DNA of 62,896 nucleotides, filler included, from Nitrospinota bacterium (GTDB lineage: Bacteria; JADFOP01), in assembly GCA_022562795.1 (NCBI GenBank). It is 5 parts of 5 records of this genome, joined end to end, with 100 filler letters (N's around TTAATTAATTAA, not from the genome) between each part and the next. Parts side by side here need not be neighbours in the genome. Positions count along the whole stretch, not along the records: positions 57,961 to 62,896 come from JADFOP010000072.1; 4 more parts are not named here. One strand, given 5' to 3'. Below the pieces are notes generated by a model, which worked only from the letters and a program-made list of their open reading frames with translations, was not told the origin of the DNA and did no database searches. The position numbers were made by a program, and so were the translations under genes. How positions within the stretch are numbered: position 1 is the stretch's first letter; every line of letters begins with the position of its first letter. Shown here piece after piece: positions 60,015-62,896 of this stretch.

Positions 60015-60578
60015 CTAGGCTCGGCTGTCCCACACGATGTCGGGGGCCCCTTTTCGCTTGTTTTCGTAGCGGGCCGCAACGAAGAGGGCGTCGGAGAGCC
60101 GGTTCAGGTAGGTGACGACGAACGGCCCGACCGCCTCCTCACGGGCCAGGGTGACGAGCTTTCTCTCGGCGCGTCGGCAGACGGCGCGGGCGACGTGGAG
60201 GGCGGCCGCCCCAGGGGTGCCGCCCGGGAGGATGAAGTTCTCGAGGGGGGGAAGCTCCTCCGAGAGCTCGTCCATGAGCGCCTCCAGCGCATCGACGTGC
60301 CGGGCCTCTATGGTAGGGCCCCGATGGCGCTCCTTATCCTGCTCCGGGATGCAGAGGTCCGCGCCGAGATGGAAGAGCTCGTTCTGGATGGGCGTGAACG
60401 CCCGGACGAGGCGCTCGTCAAGCCCGCAGGCGAGAGCCGTCCCAAGGAACGAGTTGAGCTCGTCCACATCGCCGTATGCCTCGATCCGTAGCGCATCCTT
60501 GGCAACCCGCTCGCCGCTTCCGAGACCCGTGGTCCCATCATCCCCGGTCCGCGTGTAGACTTTCGTGATTCTGGGCAT
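60015..60578 (-). CDS. PduO-type cob(I)alamin adenosyltransferase
   Basis: [42 protein letters not shown]. Confidence 0.95.
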   Translation of the reverse strand: MPRITKVYTRTGDDGTTGLGSGERVAKDALRIEAYGDVDELNSFLGTALACGLDERLVRAFTPIQNELFHLGADLCIPEQDKERHRGPTIEARHVDALEALMDELSEELPPLENFILPGGTPGAAALHVARAVCRRAERKLVTLAREEAVGPFVVTYLNRLSDALFVAARYENKRKGAPDIVWDSRA

Positions 60579-60700
60579 CGCCGCCTCGCGATCCTCCCTG
60601 CAAGCCCCTATCTTAAGGGGTCAGAAACCGGTCTTCCCTCAGAGTACACATCCGGCCGCACACCGTCAAGCGCCGCTTGGTGGGCCTTATCTATCCGTGA

Positions 60701-61897
60701 TTACGGCCAGGTGAGCCGCTTCGTCTCGACGCCCTCAAGAGACATTGAGACGAGGGCCTCCACGTCGAGGGCGGCCTCGGCGGCCTCCAGCTCCTCGGGC
60801 GTGGAACGAGTGGCGGGCCGACGCGGCATCAGGAAGCTGCAGCAGTCATCATGGGGCTGGATGGAGACCTCGTAGGTGCCGATGGCCCTGGCCAGACTGA
60901 TTATCTCCTGCTTGTCCATGCCGATAAGGGGCCGGAGGATGGGCATCGCTGCGGCGGCGGCCTCGATGGTGGTGATGTTCGTAAGCGTCTGGGAAGAGAC
61001 CTGCCCGAGGCTCTCCCCTGTCACCAGCGCCTTGGCCCCGAGCTTTTGGGCGATCACCTCGGAGATCCTCACCATGAAGCGCCGGTAGAGAATGATGCGC
61101 AAGTGCGCAGGGGTTTCGGCCACGATGCGCTGCTGCACCTCGGCGAAGGGCACAAGCGAGACGGATGCGCGGTTCTGGAAGCGGGTGAGCAGCTCGGCGA
61201 CCTCCAGGGCCTTGTCCACCGAGGCGCGGTCGGTGTAGGGATAGGAGTGGAAGTGGACGAAGTCGACCAGGCAGCCGCGCTTCAGCATCGTGTAGGCGGC
61301 CACCGGGGAGTCGATCCCCCCCGAGAGCATACAGGCAACCCTGCCCGAGACCCCCACGGGCAGGCCCCCCGGCCCCGGGTGTCGCTCGCAGGCGACCAGC
61401 GCCGTCCCCGAGACGATCTCGATGAGCAAGGTTAAGTCCGCCGCATCCGAGAGGTCGACGGCCGCTCCCGTGGCGGCCTGGACGCGGGCGCCGATGTGGG
61501 CGTTCAGCTCGGGGGTGTTTAGCGGAAAGCTCTTGTCGGCCCGCTTTGTCTGGACCCGAAAGCTATCGAAAGCATACTGGGAGGTGGCCTCGTCCACGGC
61601 CGCCTCAATATCCTCCAGGGTGGCCTCGACCCGGTGGGCCGGTGAGAAGTTGACCACCCCGCAGACCCGCCCGAGCCGCTGGCGGACCTCTTCCCAAGGG
61701 CTATCGGGCGCCAGATCCACCACGAGACGGCCGTAGAGCTTGCGGACCGCCTTAATGTGAAGACCGGCAAGGGCGCGGGAGATGTTCTCAATGAGAGTCT
61801 TCTCGAAGATCGGTCGGTTGCCGCCCTTGAGGGCCAACTCGCCGTAGTGGACCAGCACGTGGTCGAACCGGCCTGCTCGCTCCGCCCGCTTTTCCAT
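60701..61897 (-). CDS. thiI: tRNA 4-thiouridine synthase (no rhodanese domain)
   Basis: YGELALKGGNR, THUMP region, LSGGIDSPVA, TGESLGQVSSQT, DDCC. Confidence 0.95.
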   Translation of the reverse strand: MEKRAERAGRFDHVLVHYGELALKGGNRPIFEKTLIENISRALAGLHIKAVRKLYGRLVVDLAPDSPWEEVRQRLGRVCGVVNFSPAHRVEATLEDIEAAVDEATSQYAFDSFRVQTKRADKSFPLNTPELNAHIGARVQAATGAAVDLSDAADLTLLIEIVSGTALVACERHPGPGGLPVGVSGRVACMLSGGIDSPVAAYTMLKRGCLVDFVHFHSYPYTDRASVDKALEVAELLTRFQNRASVSLVPFAEVQQRIVAETPAHLRIILYRRFMVRISEVIAQKLGAKALVTGESLGQVSSQTLTNITTIEAAAAAMPILRPLIGMDKQEIISLARAIGTYEVSIQPHDDCCSFLMPRRPATRSTPEELEAAEAALDVEALVSMSLEGVETKRLTWP

Positions 61898-62007
61898 AGG
61901 GTTATGGTAGCACAGGACAGGTCCGCTCGGTAGGGCGGCCTACCCACGCGCCAGCCGCCGGGCCGCTGCCCGGACACTCGTATTCAGGGGATTGCAAAAA
62001 AGGAGCT

Positions 62008-62042
62008 ATCGCGGAAAAACCCGGAAAATCGCGGAAAAACGC
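62008..62042. repeat. Degenerate 10-mer array
   Basis: ATCGCGGAAAAACCCGGAAAATCGCGGAAAAACGC. Confidence 0.7.
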
Positions 62043-62117
62043 AAATGGGCCGGACCCGATCTCGGCCGGACCCCGCCGGAATGGAAACCGGTCCGTTTTG
62101 ACGACAATGCCTCTCAG

Positions 62118-62816
62118 CTAAGGCACGACGCTCAATCGTTGCAGGATGCTCCGGTCTATTCTCCCCGTGGCCTTAAGCCCCACCTGGCGCTGGAAGCTCT
62201 TGACGGCCTGGGCCGTCTGGCGCCCGATGAGTCCATCGGCAGGCCCAGGATGGTATCCGATGAGGGCTAACCGCCGCTGGACCTCCTTGATTTGAGCCCG
62301 GCTGGGTTCCCAGCGCCTGGACTTGGGCTTACTATAGCGATAGGTCCTCGCAACCGGCTCCGCAGACCACCCGTTGTAGCCCTCTATCCCGAGGCTCGCC
62401 ATCAGCCGGCGATCGATCCCCCCCGTGGGGGACAGGCTCACGTCGAGCCGGAACCGCCGGATTGACTGGGCTGTTTTACGACCGATGCGCCCGTCGATCC
62501 TCCCTACGGGGTAGCCCTGACGCTTGAGCCGACGCTGCACCTCTCGAACCAGGGAAGGCGTCACCCTAACGGGCGATGGCGCAAGCGGCTTCGGCGCGAA
62601 GGCCCTCGCCACGGTGAGGGGCTGCTTGTGCGCGGCACGCTGCGGCGCGGGTGGAGGAGAATGTACGACGGACAACGCCGGAGGGGCTGGCGCAGGAGCC
62701 AGCGGCGAAGCGCTCACGGGATGAAACGCCGTCTGCTGGACGGCGGGGGCCGCTTGGGGCAGTCCTTCCTCCCAGATAGGCAGCCGGAGAGGCGCCCGTC
62801 GCCGGGCGGAAGTCAT
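62118..62816 (-). CDS. Protein with two peptidoglycan-binding (PG_binding_1) domains, possibly 5'-partial
   Basis: VQRRL..GY..G..DG.IG..T...I/V..F motif twice, after a Pro/Ala-rich linker. Confidence 0.8.
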   Translation of the reverse strand: MTSARRRAPLRLPIWEEGLPQAAPAVQQTAFHPVSASPLAPAPAPPALSVVHSPPPAPQRAAHKQPLTVARAFAPKPLAPSPVRVTPSLVREVQRRLKRQGYPVGRIDGRIGRKTAQSIRRFRLDVSLSPTGGIDRRLMASLGIEGYNGWSAEPVARTYRYSKPKSRRWEPSRAQIKEVQRRLALIGYHPGPADGLIGRQTAQAVKSFQRQVGLKATGRIDRSILQRLSVVP

Positions 62817-62896
62817 GCCCGACCCGCGCGAAGTAGCGGGGGAGACCAGCGAAGCCGAAGCCGTCCGGTAGACGGAAGGGAAACCTGTTCGGCCTG

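Overview
GC-rich bacterial DNA from a draft or binned genome. Five contigs are joined by artificial N44-TTAATTAATTAA-N44 linkers (23913-24012, 30055-30154, 52793-52892, 57861-57960), so adjacency across a linker means nothing. (1) 1-11044 (-) is an intact-looking virion operon with a Mu-like head (portal, protease/scaffold, capsid, gp36, gpG, gp37) and a non-contractile tail (tube, -1 frameshifted chaperone pair, very short 242-aa tape measure, tail-tip genes). No terminase, gpF, transposase or repressor precedes it, host REP repeats lie between and inside its genes, and its promoter-like leader recurs on another contig. It is a candidate domesticated, gene-transfer-agent-like element and the best novelty candidate. 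(2) A RAYT transposase with REP families, tRNA-Glu/Lys/Asn, ilvE, a GH57/DUF5752/TreT alpha-glucan cluster and greA. (3) A decayed amino-sugar locus, a methyltransferase, tRNA-Gln and cspA. (4) polX, cbiX and selC, then a 14-kb integrase-less island bounded by 225-bp direct repeats, carrying a REC-ANTAR regulator, an ANTAR-RNA leader, urtABCDE and ureABC-H-EFGD; pntAB, iscS, iscA and ygfZ follow. (5) polA, putA, pduO-like, thiI and others. Several unexplained non-coding repeat or RNA motifs are also reported. All calls come from reading the sequence and translations; no database searches were run.
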